DNA of 64,000 bases from Bdellovibrionaceae bacterium UBA1609 (GCA_002321895.1 DCMZ01000012.1:5658-69657), one strand, 5' to 3'; positions 47,251-57,132 are shown, counted from the stretch's first letter. Numbers and translations: made by a program. Notes: generated by a model not told the origin, from the letters alone.

Positions 47251-48231
47251 TTGATTCGATTCGGACGTTCATTTTTTCTTTTACTACTTCTCAGTGTGCA
47301 GCTGGTTGCCGGCGCTACGCTTGCACAGGACCGCTGGGACGTTCCGTTTTCAGATAATAAAGTCTTTTACCTGGCCCACTCTTTAGGTATTGCCAGCGGG
47401 CGACTCAATCATTTTGAAGTTCAGGAAATTGATAGAATACTCGTTCATAACTTCAATCACCCCGAAGATAAAATTTCCGTACGAGGAGCGACACTACGTA
47501 AAAAATGGAGAGAGTTGACTTATGTAGCTCAAACGTTAGTGGTCTTGAGGGGTATGCACCATTACTTTCCTGTAGGCTATGAAGTGGAGAGCCGCCATAA
47601 GAAATTAAATGGTTATTTCGACTTTGCATCAGGAACTCCAGAGCTCCGTCAATTGGTGAGTAAACATATGGGCGGGGGAAAAGTGGAACTGGAGGAGGAT
47701 AACTTTTTTCGATTCCGTGATGGGCGAGGAAAGCCTTGGGATATTTTGTCTGAATTCGTTTTTCATAACGAGAATTTTCCCTCCGGTTGGGAGTTGGTTT
47801 CACCTCCGTTTAGGCATAGAGATGATTTAAGATTTTTTACTCAGCTACTGTTAGAGCTAACAAAAAATCCTTTTGGTTATACGGACACTAAAAACACTGA
47901 TCAGACCACGGGGGTGCATCAAAATTTCGATCTGTCTCCAGCGGGAGACTATAGTGAGAAAATAGAAGTTCTTACATTTTCTAACTTTATAGTTTTATTG
48001 GAGCAGTTTGGACCGACCTTATTTGATCTGTTTAAGATTCAAAGAGGAGGAGGCTTTGGGAATATTTATTATAGGCCACTTATCATCGATCATTTTGATT
48101 TTCTTAAATCTCTCTCTCTGGTAACTGAAAAAAATGCCACCTGGGCCCATGTGAATCAACTTTACGAGACGGCCGCTCCTTTAGAAAGAGAAATTCAAAT
48201 TAGTTTGAATCGCTATATGTGGGAGATGTAG
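47251..48231 (+). CDS. Signal-peptide-bearing amidoligase-like protein, N-terminal segment ending at an in-frame TAG
   Basis: TTG start 5 nt after AGGAGA. Signal peptide FFLLLLLSVQLVAGATLAQ. VGYEVES, GWELVSPPF and TGVHQNFD resemble Amidoligase_2 (GS-like COOH-NH2 ligase) motifs as I recall them. TAG at 48229-48231 is in frame with the next ORF. Confidence 0.55.
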   Translation: MIRFGRSFFLLLLLSVQLVAGATLAQDRWDVPFSDNKVFYLAHSLGIASGRLNHFEVQEIDRILVHNFNHPEDKISVRGATLRKKWRELTYVAQTLVVLRGMHHYFPVGYEVESRHKKLNGYFDFASGTPELRQLVSKHMGGGKVELEEDNFFRFRDGRGKPWDILSEFVFHNENFPSGWELVSPPFRHRDDLRFFTQLLLELTKNPFGYTDTKNTDQTTGVHQNFDLSPAGDYSEKIEVLTFSNFIVLLEQFGPTLFDLFKIQRGGGFGNIYYRPLIIDHFDFLKSLSLVTEKNATWAHVNQLYETAAPLEREIQISLNRYMWEM

Positions 48232-48240
48232 AATCCACCT

Positions 48241-50184
48241 ATGACTTATGGAGAGCCGTTCCCTCCAGAAGATGTACAAGGGTTTATAAAGTATGCCATG
48301 TGGAAGTACAGAAGTTGGCAGCTAAAGAAGCTCGAAAATGGTAAGCGTATTTTGGAGATCCGATTGTTCGACTACAAGGGGGAGGCGAAAGATACCCTTA
48401 GGGAGACGGTTCTGATGGAAATGCTTTTGGGTATTTCTAGAAAAATGGCAGAAAATGGGGAGAAGGTGGAGTTCATGGCCCCAAGAAGAACTAAGGGGCA
48501 AAGTATTAACTCCTATTGGAAAAAGCTGGGGAGAGATGAACGCTTTGGGAAAGAGCAGCTTCGAAGCTTTTTAAGAAAGTATTTTAATAGGAATGAAGTG
48601 GGTGTCGTATTTGATTCGCCTAAAATATTAAATGAAGCGCCATTTAGAACAAATGGTAAAGCCAGTTATGCTTTTGAACGAGAGTTCGCTGATATCATTC
48701 CTGCAGAATTTCTTTGGCCATTGGACCCTTCAGAAAGAAAAGCCCTCGTTGATGAGTCGGATGTGGAGCGAAAGTTTTCAAAGTTGGGAATTGTTCCTGG
48801 TGAGTTTTCTATCGAATCTCAAATTATTTTGGGAACTAGATATACTGCGAATACTTTTAAATACCCGCACCTACATCCGGATCTGCATATGGAGGAAAGT
48901 GGAAATTTAGAAATAAAGGGGAGTGGGTTGCCCGAGAATTCAGGTTCCTTTAGCGATATTCTCGCTTTGGATCGTAAAGTGGCCGATTCTTTGTTCACAT
49001 CATTCCCCCACTATCACTTCTTTATACCTGAATCTAAACTAAAAGAAGTACGTCAACAAAACAAGGTAGATGACTTTGTTAAATTCCTCTCCATGTTTAC
49101 CACCGCCACACAGGTGGGTTTCTATTCTAGAAATATCTATCCCTATAATGAAATTCCTCATGAAATTGACAGCTGGAGTATAGATCGATTTAGCTCGAAG
49201 GATTTAAAGTCGATAGCTCATTGGTTGTCTGGCAAAGAGGGTATGTCTAATTTAGATCATAAGTATCATATTGTGGGTGTAAGGCCTGTGGAGGGCGGAC
49301 TCGATTTAGAATTGCGAGGGTTTTTCGACTACTCGAAGGAGGGTGTTGAGCAGACCGTGCGTAGTTTCTACTATGCCATTGAGAATTTAGACTTTGGCTG
49401 TTGTGCATTTGGGAATACGGATCTTCTTTTTCATGATTTCGTAGATACCGCAGGTGAAGAGAAGTTTAAGATCTCAAATGTTATACAAGATCGTTATCCC
49501 CATGCTTCTGTGGAACTATTGAACTTTGTTCATAAACTCCAGTTCGAAATCTATAAGCCTAGTATGGGAGATTTTATGGAGTTTCGAATTGGAGATGTTT
49601 GGTGGGAACTCCAGAGTGTCCCGGCATCTCAACTGGACACAGAGAAACTGAAATCTAATTATGAAAGTAATATGACTTTCCCAATCCAAAAATGGGAAGA
49701 AATACTTGGACTCAATTCGAGAGAGGCGGCCATTGTTCGGCAGTCCAGAGCGAAATTTTTGGAAAGAGTTTACGATCTTGCTCTTAAAAGGATAGAGGAT
49801 TCCGATTTTAGGTTCTTAAACAAAGCTGACAGTTTTCTATATCTCGCGGACTATTTGAGGCGCTCCTCCCATCCCAGTCGCCCCAACTTTGAAAAGTATG
49901 ATCGTTTGCTATCACAGCAAGAGCAGATACGGCAAAAGGAGATTTTGGAGGAGTTAGTGTTTACGATGCGAAGCTTTGTAAGAAGTTTTGTTGATGAAAG
50001 CGGGATCGCCGATAATCTTCAGGCGAGAATGATTGCTCCGGAGGACTTTCGGCTTCCCGAAGAGACAATCTATGAGCTCTTAAATGATCGTGAGCAAGAA
50101 TTGGATCGCCCACGATCAGGAAAGTCTAAAGGTAAACCCACATCATCGGTGAGAAGTTGCAAGTCCCTATTTATCAACTATTGA
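48241..50184 (+). CDS. Continuation of the amidoligase-like protein (closing motif of module 1 plus a second degenerate module and a C-terminal region)
   Basis: Same frame as 47251-48231, with no SD at normal spacing. WKYRSWQL...ILEIRLFDYKGEAKDTLRETV closes module 1. YAFEREF, GNLEIKGSGL, FPHYHFFIPE and HKYHIVGV...DLELRGFFDYSKEGVEQTVRSF form module 2. Confidence 0.5.
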   Translation: MTYGEPFPPEDVQGFIKYAMWKYRSWQLKKLENGKRILEIRLFDYKGEAKDTLRETVLMEMLLGISRKMAENGEKVEFMAPRRTKGQSINSYWKKLGRDERFGKEQLRSFLRKYFNRNEVGVVFDSPKILNEAPFRTNGKASYAFEREFADIIPAEFLWPLDPSERKALVDESDVERKFSKLGIVPGEFSIESQIILGTRYTANTFKYPHLHPDLHMEESGNLEIKGSGLPENSGSFSDILALDRKVADSLFTSFPHYHFFIPESKLKEVRQQNKVDDFVKFLSMFTTATQVGFYSRNIYPYNEIPHEIDSWSIDRFSSKDLKSIAHWLSGKEGMSNLDHKYHIVGVRPVEGGLDLELRGFFDYSKEGVEQTVRSFYYAIENLDFGCCAFGNTDLLFHDFVDTAGEEKFKISNVIQDRYPHASVELLNFVHKLQFEIYKPSMGDFMEFRIGDVWWELQSVPASQLDTEKLKSNYESNMTFPIQKWEEILGLNSREAAIVRQSRAKFLERVYDLALKRIEDSDFRFLNKADSFLYLADYLRRSSHPSRPNFEKYDRLLSQQEQIRQKEILEELVFTMRSFVRSFVDESGIADNLQARMIAPEDFRLPEETIYELLNDREQELDRPRSGKSKGKPTSSVRSCKSLFINY

Positions 50185-50642
50185 GCGTAAAGAGTCTCAG
50201 CTTCTCGGTTGGGGTAAGTTATATTCATGATAACAGCCGCGGGAACGAGATCTCTACAAAGTCTAGTACGATGGTCGATGATTTCGATGTTGATAGTTCC
50301 ATCAGGTCCGGCATGTGATCCCGTATAGAGTTTAGAACCGCAACCGGCTTGACCTATTTGTAATTCAACATACCGCTCATCTGGGTTGGCATAAACTTCA
50401 CACAATCCATAGACATGATTTTTGATCAAAGCCAAAGGGCCGACCCTGTCAGTGTTTGTCAGTACAAGTTTTTGACCCACATCACAGCCACCCGGACGAT
50501 GCATAAATTCCGGCTGAGATAGCATGTCAAATTGTCCTGTCAAAATAGTGGAGTTGTAGGTGTCTGGGTGTAGGCTAGTGGCTTGGGCAAGTGCAGAAAG
50601 TGATAGGGCAGCTAGAGTGACAAAAAGTTTTGATAATTTCAT
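50178..50642 (-). CDS. Hypothetical small secreted protein (4 Cys)
   Basis: Signal peptide MKLSKLFVTLAALSLSALAQA. 3' end overlaps the convergent upstream gene by 7 nt. Confidence 0.5.
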   Translation of the reverse strand: MKLSKLFVTLAALSLSALAQATSLHPDTYNSTILTGQFDMLSQPEFMHRPGGCDVGQKLVLTNTDRVGPLALIKNHVYGLCEVYANPDERYVELQIGQAGCGSKLYTGSHAGPDGTINIEIIDHRTRLCRDLVPAAVIMNITYPNREAETLYAQ

Positions 50643-50907
50643 TTTGGGTTCCTTTGCTATGGGATGTTGTTATTTCGAGATGAAGTTACCCAAAAGGTGG
50701 ATACCTTTCTATTGCAGTCGTTGACGGTTCGTTGATTAAACGTCAAACCACAAAGGTAAAAAATTTCAAATCATCCCTTTCCCGATTGTTTGATAACCAG
50801 ACCTTAGTTCACACCAATACGCTTTCATTGCGGGAGTAAAATTCGACATTCTTTGACGAATCAGCTCTCCATTGGATATGACTTTCTTATTCAAAATAGG
50901 AGGAATT

Positions 50908-51921
50908 GTGTCACCAAATTTGAATTTTTTGATCATTTTGTCACTATTGGCGAGTCCGTTATTTGTCCAGGCTGCCAAGGGGGATAAGGCGTCGACTCTC
51001 GTTGTGTATAGCGCTAGGAAAGAGCAGCTCGTTAAAGATATTTTCGAGAAATACACTCAGGAGACTGGAGTTGAAATCCAATTGAAATCGGGAAAAGCTG
51101 CCGCTCTTATTGAGACGTTAAAAGCTGAAGGATCTAAAACTAAGGCGGATGTACTGTTGACTGTGGATGCAGGTAACCTTTGGCATGCAACGCAAATGGA
51201 TCTACTTGAGCCCTTATCATCCAAAACTCTTAATACTAATGTTCCGGCCCATCTCAGGGAGAAAAATGGACGGTGGTTTGGGTTGTCCGTACGGGCACGA
51301 ACCATTGCCTATAATACCGACAAGGTTAAGCCCGAAGATCTTTCCACCTATGAAGACTTAGCCAGTAAAAAATGGGAAGGGCGAGTCTGTCTACGCACGT
51401 CCAAAAAAGTGTATAATCAATCTTTAGTGGCCATGCTTATTCATGAGCTGGGAGAGAAGAAGGCCAAAGAAGTCGTCGCTGGATGGGTTAAAAACGCGGC
51501 TTACATATATTCAAACGATACCAAAGTTTTGGAAGCTGTTGCAGCTGGGCAATGTGATGTGGGAATTGTAAATACCTATTACTTGGGGCGTTTACTTAAA
51601 AATAAAAAACTACCTCTTAAGCTATTTTGGCCCAATCAAAAGAGTTTTGGAGTTCACGTGAATGTCTCCGGTGCGGGAGTGGTTAAGGCCAGTCATCACA
51701 AGGAGCAAGCTCAGAAGTTCTTAGAATGGCTTTCAGCTCAGGAGGCACAAAAAACCTTTGCACAGGTGAATATGGAGTTTCCAGTGAACCCGAACGTGCC
51801 TCAGTCCTCTGAGACAGCAGCTTGGGGGACATTTAAGCCCAATTCTAGTTTCAATTTGACAGAAGCAGGGCGTTTACAAAAGAAAGCCGTTTTACTCATG
51901 CAATCTGTAAATTATAAGTAG
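50908..51921 (+). CDS. ABC transporter periplasmic substrate-binding protein, Fe(3+)-type (FbpA/AfuA-like)
   Basis: GTG start 4 nt after AGGAGGA gives signal peptide SPNLNFLIILSLLASPLFVQA. VVYSARKEQL...VLLTVDAGNLW...RARTIAYN resembles ferric-binding proteins. Confidence 0.75.
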   Translation: MSPNLNFLIILSLLASPLFVQAAKGDKASTLVVYSARKEQLVKDIFEKYTQETGVEIQLKSGKAAALIETLKAEGSKTKADVLLTVDAGNLWHATQMDLLEPLSSKTLNTNVPAHLREKNGRWFGLSVRARTIAYNTDKVKPEDLSTYEDLASKKWEGRVCLRTSKKVYNQSLVAMLIHELGEKKAKEVVAGWVKNAAYIYSNDTKVLEAVAAGQCDVGIVNTYYLGRLLKNKKLPLKLFWPNQKSFGVHVNVSGAGVVKASHHKEQAQKFLEWLSAQEAQKTFAQVNMEFPVNPNVPQSSETAAWGTFKPNSSFNLTEAGRLQKKAVLLMQSVNYK

Positions 51922-51929
51922 TTCAAGTT

Positions 51930-53522
51930 ATGGACAGTCGGTTACGAGGAAAACTTTTTTTAGCATTTTTACTTTTTCTCGTAGCCATACCTATATTGAA
52001 CCTATTGGGCCAATTGGTTGATATTAACGATCCCAAGAATAAAGAGGCCATAGAGTATGTTTTTCAATCAGACATTTTACTCACATTAGGACAGAATACG
52101 GTCTTGCTGGTACTCTTAACCACTGTGCTTGCAGGCATCATTGGTTTGGTTCAAGCCACCATTGTTAAACTGACAGATTTTCGTTGGAGCAAGTGGCTTT
52201 CGGTAGGATTTATTTTGCCCCTAATGTACCCGCTTTATGTACTCGCATTTATCTATGATGGGGGTTTCTCATACAGTAGCTCTCTGATGACTTTCCTTAG
52301 AAACAATATGAGTGAAGGTTTGTTCACATCTTTCAATACCGGATCAGTTGGATTTGTAGCCTTTGTTTTTGCATTGGGGTTATCACCTTACTTTTTTGTG
52401 TTTTTTATGTCTGCTATCGATCAGGTGAATCCTCGCTGGGTTTTTGCTGCCCGATCACTGGGGCATACCCCAGGATCTACATACTTTCGATTGATCTTAC
52501 CATTTATTAAGCCTTGGTTATATGCGGCCAGTATATTTGTAAGTGTCGAGGTATTGAGTGATTTTGGGGGCGTTTCTGTTTTTGGTTATCAGACATTTAC
52601 TTTGGCTGTGTATGAATCCTGGTTGAGTCTTTTTTCTCTTGAAATCGCTGCCTTACTGTCCTTGGTCCCCTTGACCATTGGGATTGTTATGTTTTTCTTA
52701 ATTCAAAAGGCCAAAGTGCAATCGTCCTATTCTCGATTTGATAGAGATCCGATTGTCTTGTTTCGGTTGTCTTCAAAAGCACAAGGGCTTACGTTTTTAT
52801 TTTTGTTCATCTATTTCAGTTGTGTATTTCTCTTTCCAATGCTCCAGCTCTTTCAGTGGTTTCTTCAAAGCCATCTTTCACAGTCCATTTACGGTTCTCT
52901 AGAACTACTGGCAACGACATTAGGGCTAGGACTTCTCGCGGCACTTTTACTTGTGAGTGGCTCGGTCTTTTTGATCTATTATTATCGTTTTCATATGTCC
53001 CAGACGCAGAAAAAATGGACTCCTTTGGTGAATATCGGCTATGCCCTGCCGGGCACTATAGTGGCTATTGGGATTCTGTATGCGACCCGCTGGGTGGGCG
53101 TCAGCGTTTCTGGAGGGTTTGCCCTGGCTTGTTTGCTGTTGGGCTACTTTGTTCGGTTTTTTGCGGTGAGTTTTCAGATGTTAGAAAAGTCTTCTCAAAG
53201 GATGTCGCCCACTTTGGATTGGGCCGGTCGTTCCCTTGGGGAGAAGCCATGGCCGTTGTTTACTAAGGTACATTTCAAACTTCTAAGGGGGCCAGTATTG
53301 GCTGCGTCTATTTTAGTGGTGGTAGAAGTTATAAAAGAACTGCCTTTGACTTTGATTTTACGTCCCTTCGGAGTTAACACCTTAGCAACAAGATTGTTTC
53401 AGTTTACTGCCGAAGGGCAGTGGGAAGAGGCGGCGTTCCCGGCAATGTTGATCATTGCCTTAGGGGCTTTGTCTTTGTTTATTGGATACTTAGGATTTGG
53501 AAGTGGTGATGAGTCAGCTTGA
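51930..53522 (+). CDS. ABC transporter permease, fused double (12-TM) FbpB-like
   Basis: 530 aa with two permease halves, each carrying an EAA-like loop (AARSLGHTPGSTYFRLILP and AGRSLGEKPWPLFTKVHF). Confidence 0.85.
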   Translation: MDSRLRGKLFLAFLLFLVAIPILNLLGQLVDINDPKNKEAIEYVFQSDILLTLGQNTVLLVLLTTVLAGIIGLVQATIVKLTDFRWSKWLSVGFILPLMYPLYVLAFIYDGGFSYSSSLMTFLRNNMSEGLFTSFNTGSVGFVAFVFALGLSPYFFVFFMSAIDQVNPRWVFAARSLGHTPGSTYFRLILPFIKPWLYAASIFVSVEVLSDFGGVSVFGYQTFTLAVYESWLSLFSLEIAALLSLVPLTIGIVMFFLIQKAKVQSSYSRFDRDPIVLFRLSSKAQGLTFLFLFIYFSCVFLFPMLQLFQWFLQSHLSQSIYGSLELLATTLGLGLLAALLLVSGSVFLIYYYRFHMSQTQKKWTPLVNIGYALPGTIVAIGILYATRWVGVSVSGGFALACLLLGYFVRFFAVSFQMLEKSSQRMSPTLDWAGRSLGEKPWPLFTKVHFKLLRGPVLAASILVVVEVIKELPLTLILRPFGVNTLATRLFQFTAEGQWEEAAFPAMLIIALGALSLFIGYLGFGSGDESA

Positions 53523-54123
53523 TGTCGCTCAATTGAACTTTTCTTACGGGGAAAACTCCTTGTTTAAAGACTTTCATTTGTCTCTTAAGGCCGGTGAAGT
53601 GGGAGCCTTGCTTGGGCCCAGTGGAAGTGGCAAATCCTCATTGTTGCACTTGATTTGTGGTTTTTTAAATCCGCAGTCGGGTCAAATATTGATTGGTGGT
53701 GAGGATGTGACAGCTTTACCTCCGGAAGAAAGAAATGTGGGAGTGGTGTTTCAAGATCATGCTTTATTTCCGCATATGTCTGTTTCAGAAAATGTAGGAT
53801 TTGGGGTTCGCAGTCCTTCTGCTGAACGTGAACGCATTATTCATAGATATTTGGAACTTGTTCATTTAGCTGATCGCGGAAAGAGTATGCCTTCTGAGTT
53901 GTCTGGAGGGGAGTGCCAACGTATTGCTATCGCACGATGTTTGGCCGCAGAACCTAAAATTCTTCTGTTAGACGAGGCCTTTTCGAGCCTGGATGAAGAG
54001 TTACGTTTAGAGCTCAGAGAAGACGTAAAAAAGATCATCTCCGAAGCCGGTTTGACCACACTATTGGTCACTCATAGCGCCGACGAGGCGAAATCTTTCT
54101 CAGATCGAATCTTTCACCTCTAA
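53509..54123 (+). CDS. ABC transporter ATP-binding protein (short; ends soon after the H-loop)
   Basis: Walker A GPSGSGKS, Q-loop VFQDHALF, signature LSGGECQR, Walker B ILLLDEAFSSLD, H-loop LVTHSADE. Overlaps the permease stop. Confidence 0.85.
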   Translation: MSQLDVAQLNFSYGENSLFKDFHLSLKAGEVGALLGPSGSGKSSLLHLICGFLNPQSGQILIGGEDVTALPPEERNVGVVFQDHALFPHMSVSENVGFGVRSPSAERERIIHRYLELVHLADRGKSMPSELSGGECQRIAIARCLAAEPKILLLDEAFSSLDEELRLELREDVKKIISEAGLTTLLVTHSADEAKSFSDRIFHL

Positions 54124-54178
54124 AAGGTAAGGGCACGCCTGTCCGGAGCGGAACACCGAACAAGTGTGCTTACTTAGT

Positions 54179-54760
54179 TTAATTTCTACAGTAGCCAAAT
54201 ATGTTTTCCTGATGGGAATTTGCAGTCACGATGGATCCCGGTTGTCCATCTCTGGACCTGTAGGTGGACATTTTAAAAATAGGTCTTTCGCTGGTTCCAA
54301 ACATGGCATTTGTGATTTGTTTGGATTCAATGGAAATTCTTGTTTCTAGTTCCATAGTTAAAACCATTTGATTGATAAGAGTCACTGTAGTTCTCACTTT
54401 TGTGTCACGTGGGAGGGGATGTCTATCGGAAATACACTGTATCACCCAGTTCTTAGTCTCCAATTGTTCGCATTGGTCCCTGTTGAAGTGAAGTTCGACA
54501 CTTTCAATTTCGGTGACATTTATATTGTTTGTATCTGCTAGGTGCTGCAACACTTCTGGGAATATTACGGGCGTGGCAAAGTCATCGTACTTCAGTACTA
54601 CATCCAACCCCATGGGAGTGGGTTCAATTTTTATAAATTCCCCAATGACGCCAAAATTGTTTGTTTCACACCGAGCCGATTGGAATTCGCTAGCAGCGAC
54701 TGTGTTTGATACTGTGATTGTTGATAGCAAAATTGCTATTAATCCGATTCTCTTTTTCAT
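54179..54760 (-). CDS. Hypothetical secreted protein
   Basis: Signal peptide MKKRIGLIAILLSTITVSNTVAA. No family recognised. Divergent from the LysR gene. Confidence 0.5.
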   Translation of the reverse strand: MKKRIGLIAILLSTITVSNTVAASEFQSARCETNNFGVIGEFIKIEPTPMGLDVVLKYDDFATPVIFPEVLQHLADTNNINVTEIESVELHFNRDQCEQLETKNWVIQCISDRHPLPRDTKVRTTVTLINQMVLTMELETRISIESKQITNAMFGTSERPIFKMSTYRSRDGQPGSIVTANSHQENIFGYCRN

Positions 54761-54849
54761 TGTGTCCCCCTATTTGAATCAATTTCTCCTCCTGCCCTCT
54801 ACTCAGGAAGAGTGTTTGTATTTTTATTAAAAATTAGGCATTGACGACA

Positions 54850-54866
54850 ATAGATAATAAAACTAT
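54850..54866. promoter_or_regulatory. Possible LysR-type T-N11-A box
   Basis: ATAG-N9-CTAT dyad in the 118-bp divergent region, 13 nt upstream of the LysR ATG. AT-rich context, so weak. Confidence 0.25.
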
Positions 54867-54878
54867 TAACCATAGGCT

Positions 54879-55754
54879 ATGTCTATGCCTCCAAATTACT
54901 TCGACATTAGGTACTTTTTAGAAGTTGCGCAGACAGGCAATATCTCAAGAGCGGCTGAGAGACTTGGTATCACCCAGCCGAGTTTAAGCGCGGCCTTAAA
55001 GCGTTTAGAGGACTCTTTAGGGGTGAGGTTATTTGTGCGTGGTCGCACTGGAGTTCGATTGACAAAGTCTGGAATGGAACTTCAGGGTCGAGGACGTATG
55101 TTTATTACGACCTGGGAACAATTGAAGTCTGACGTCAATAAGAAGGAGTCGGCGGTCAGCGGCCAATATAGAATTGGCTGCCATCCTTCGGTAGCCATGT
55201 ATTCATTGGGTCAGTTTCTTCCTCAATTAATGGTGAAGCACCAAGATCTTGATATAGAGATTGTTCATGATCTTTCGCGTAAGATAACTGAGAGAGTAAT
55301 AAGTTACGAAATTGATTTTGGCATTGTTGTGAATCCGGTTAGGCATCCGGACTTAGTAATTAAAGAACTCTGTCGAGATGAAGTGGGCTTTTGGGTTAGT
55401 AAACATTCTGGCAATACTCAGTCTCTCAAAGAGGGATCGGCTATACTCGTGTGTGATTCTGAGTTAATTCAAGTTCAAAAGCTAAGAGTAGACGCATTCA
55501 AAAAGGGATTAAGGTTCAAGCGAGTAGTGACCAGTGGAAACCTGGAGGTGATTGCTGAGTTGACAGCATCAGGGCTTGGTGTGGGTGTTTTGCCTCGCCG
55601 AGTGGCACTCAATTCATTAAAGCGGCCACTGAAAGAGCTGCCAGGCAAGTGGCCTATATTCAAAGACAGAATTTGTGTGGTTTATCGTGCGGATTTACAA
55701 AGGACATTAGGGAGTCAGGTCATATTGAATTACATCAGGGAAAACGTGGTTTAA
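54879..55754 (+). CDS. LysR-family transcriptional regulator
   Basis: N-terminal wHTH IRYFLEVAQTGNISRAAERLGITQPSLSAALKRLE plus a C-terminal substrate-binding domain. Confidence 0.9.
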   Translation: MSMPPNYFDIRYFLEVAQTGNISRAAERLGITQPSLSAALKRLEDSLGVRLFVRGRTGVRLTKSGMELQGRGRMFITTWEQLKSDVNKKESAVSGQYRIGCHPSVAMYSLGQFLPQLMVKHQDLDIEIVHDLSRKITERVISYEIDFGIVVNPVRHPDLVIKELCRDEVGFWVSKHSGNTQSLKEGSAILVCDSELIQVQKLRVDAFKKGLRFKRVVTSGNLEVIAELTASGLGVGVLPRRVALNSLKRPLKELPGKWPIFKDRICVVYRADLQRTLGSQVILNYIRENVV

Positions 55755-56022
55755 GAACAGTTGCAGATGATCTTTTTCGTAGCCGATCCTCTCCCATTTG
55801 GGGTGTTCATCCCTATTTTGCAATATTTCCATAAAACATAAGGTCATTTTTGTGCCTATCTATACAAGAGGAAAAAAAGTAGTGGGTTGGAATTCATAAA
55901 CTCTATTTCTTTTACAATTCCATAGTGTTCTAACTTTGTAATTTCATTTTTCTGCTATGAATAAGCAGATTTTAAGTCCTTAAAGGACATTAAAGATCCT
56001 ACTTTTACCCGAGGAATAAATT

Positions 56023-56451
56023 ATGCGAAAATTACTATTTTTATTAAGCCTAACACTATTTTCAGCTCAGCTACATGCAGATTCTTATTTTAGTGATCTC
56101 TATGAGGAGGTTTGCCAAGATAAAGAAATTAAAAGTGATGGTAGTCTTTTAATCTGTCACGACAGCGAGAATATGTCTGCGGTCATCAGTGCAAAGCCTG
56201 ACTTTGATACCGTTGCAGATACCAGCCAAGTGGAACTCTGGGACATTGTAGAGATGGGTGTAATGCCGGACGATTCTACTGATCACATTTACAACTACAA
56301 GCATCCTTTGTTAGATGTTGAAGGAGAGGTTGTTGGATACCTGCAGGTTATAGCTGCTACCAATTCAGAGTGGGACGGCGAGGGAATAAAGTTGATCAAT
56401 AGGTACGATCTTAATGGTCAAATTGTTACATCTAAGGCTCAAGGAATCTAA
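56023..56451 (+). CDS. Hypothetical small secreted protein
   Basis: Signal peptide MRKLLFLLSLTLFSAQLHA. No family recognised. Confidence 0.5.
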   Translation: MRKLLFLLSLTLFSAQLHADSYFSDLYEEVCQDKEIKSDGSLLICHDSENMSAVISAKPDFDTVADTSQVELWDIVEMGVMPDDSTDHIYNYKHPLLDVEGEVVGYLQVIAATNSEWDGEGIKLINRYDLNGQIVTSKAQGI

Positions 56452-56529
56452 TTGGTTCTTAGTCATGTCCATTCAACAAGGTACTTGGTACCTTATTGAA
56501 TGGGTTAGATGCGTTAGAAGGCTCTAATA

Positions 56530-56973
56530 TTAATAGATACTTTGCCCGTCGAAGCCACAGTAGAGGTCGATGTTTTTAGACCCAGGAACTAACCCCACGC
56601 CTTCAATGAGATCATCACGGTGTTTACTATAATCCAATTGGATGGATACGTCATATTTTTGTGCTTCAGTAGTGTCTGCTAAGAGCTGATCATCTTCCAC
56701 CTGATAAGCTGAACCTTTACAGAGCAAGCCGGTTTCATTCTCTTCACATTCGTAAAATCTCTTTGCATTTTTAAAGTCGACTTCTCTAACCCCAGAAGTG
56801 TCCTCCGCAGAGATATAAAAATCTTCGATAGCTTCTTCCTTAGAGCCACTATCGAAGTTCTCCCAAGTGGCACAAGTCATGCTGAGTGCAGAAAAGTTTG
56901 ATGGCAGCTCTTTGTACTCGGCCGAGGCAGTAATAGACGTCAGCAATAGTGATCCAATAATAAGTTTGTTCAT
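56530..56973 (-). CDS. Hypothetical small secreted protein
   Basis: ATG 56971-56973 after AAGGAGA. Signal peptide MNKLIIGSLLLTSITASA, 4 Cys. Confidence 0.5.
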   Translation of the reverse strand: MNKLIIGSLLLTSITASAEYKELPSNFSALSMTCATWENFDSGSKEEAIEDFYISAEDTSGVREVDFKNAKRFYECEENETGLLCKGSAYQVEDDQLLADTTEAQKYDVSIQLDYSKHRDDLIEGVGLVPGSKNIDLYCGFDGQSIY

Positions 56974-57132
56974 AATTATTCTCCTTAAAATATGACCTAA
57001 AATTTTAATTGGTTGGGAGTTCAATATAGTCACAGGGGTGTAATTTCACCGAAGGGAAAACGAGAAGTGGAAATATTTTTATTTTCTAGAAAGGGTGATT
57101 CCTCACTTCAAATCCTCTTCTGCTGACGGCAC

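Noticed and set aside
50643-50907. Looked for a Fur box upstream of the Fe3+-type ABC operon. Candidates were GATTGTTTGATAACC near 50784 and the TTGACG-N14-CGTCAA inverted repeat near 50711-50736.
   Set aside because: Neither resembles the 19-bp GATAATGATAATCATTATC consensus beyond a few bases, so I cannot support a call by eye.
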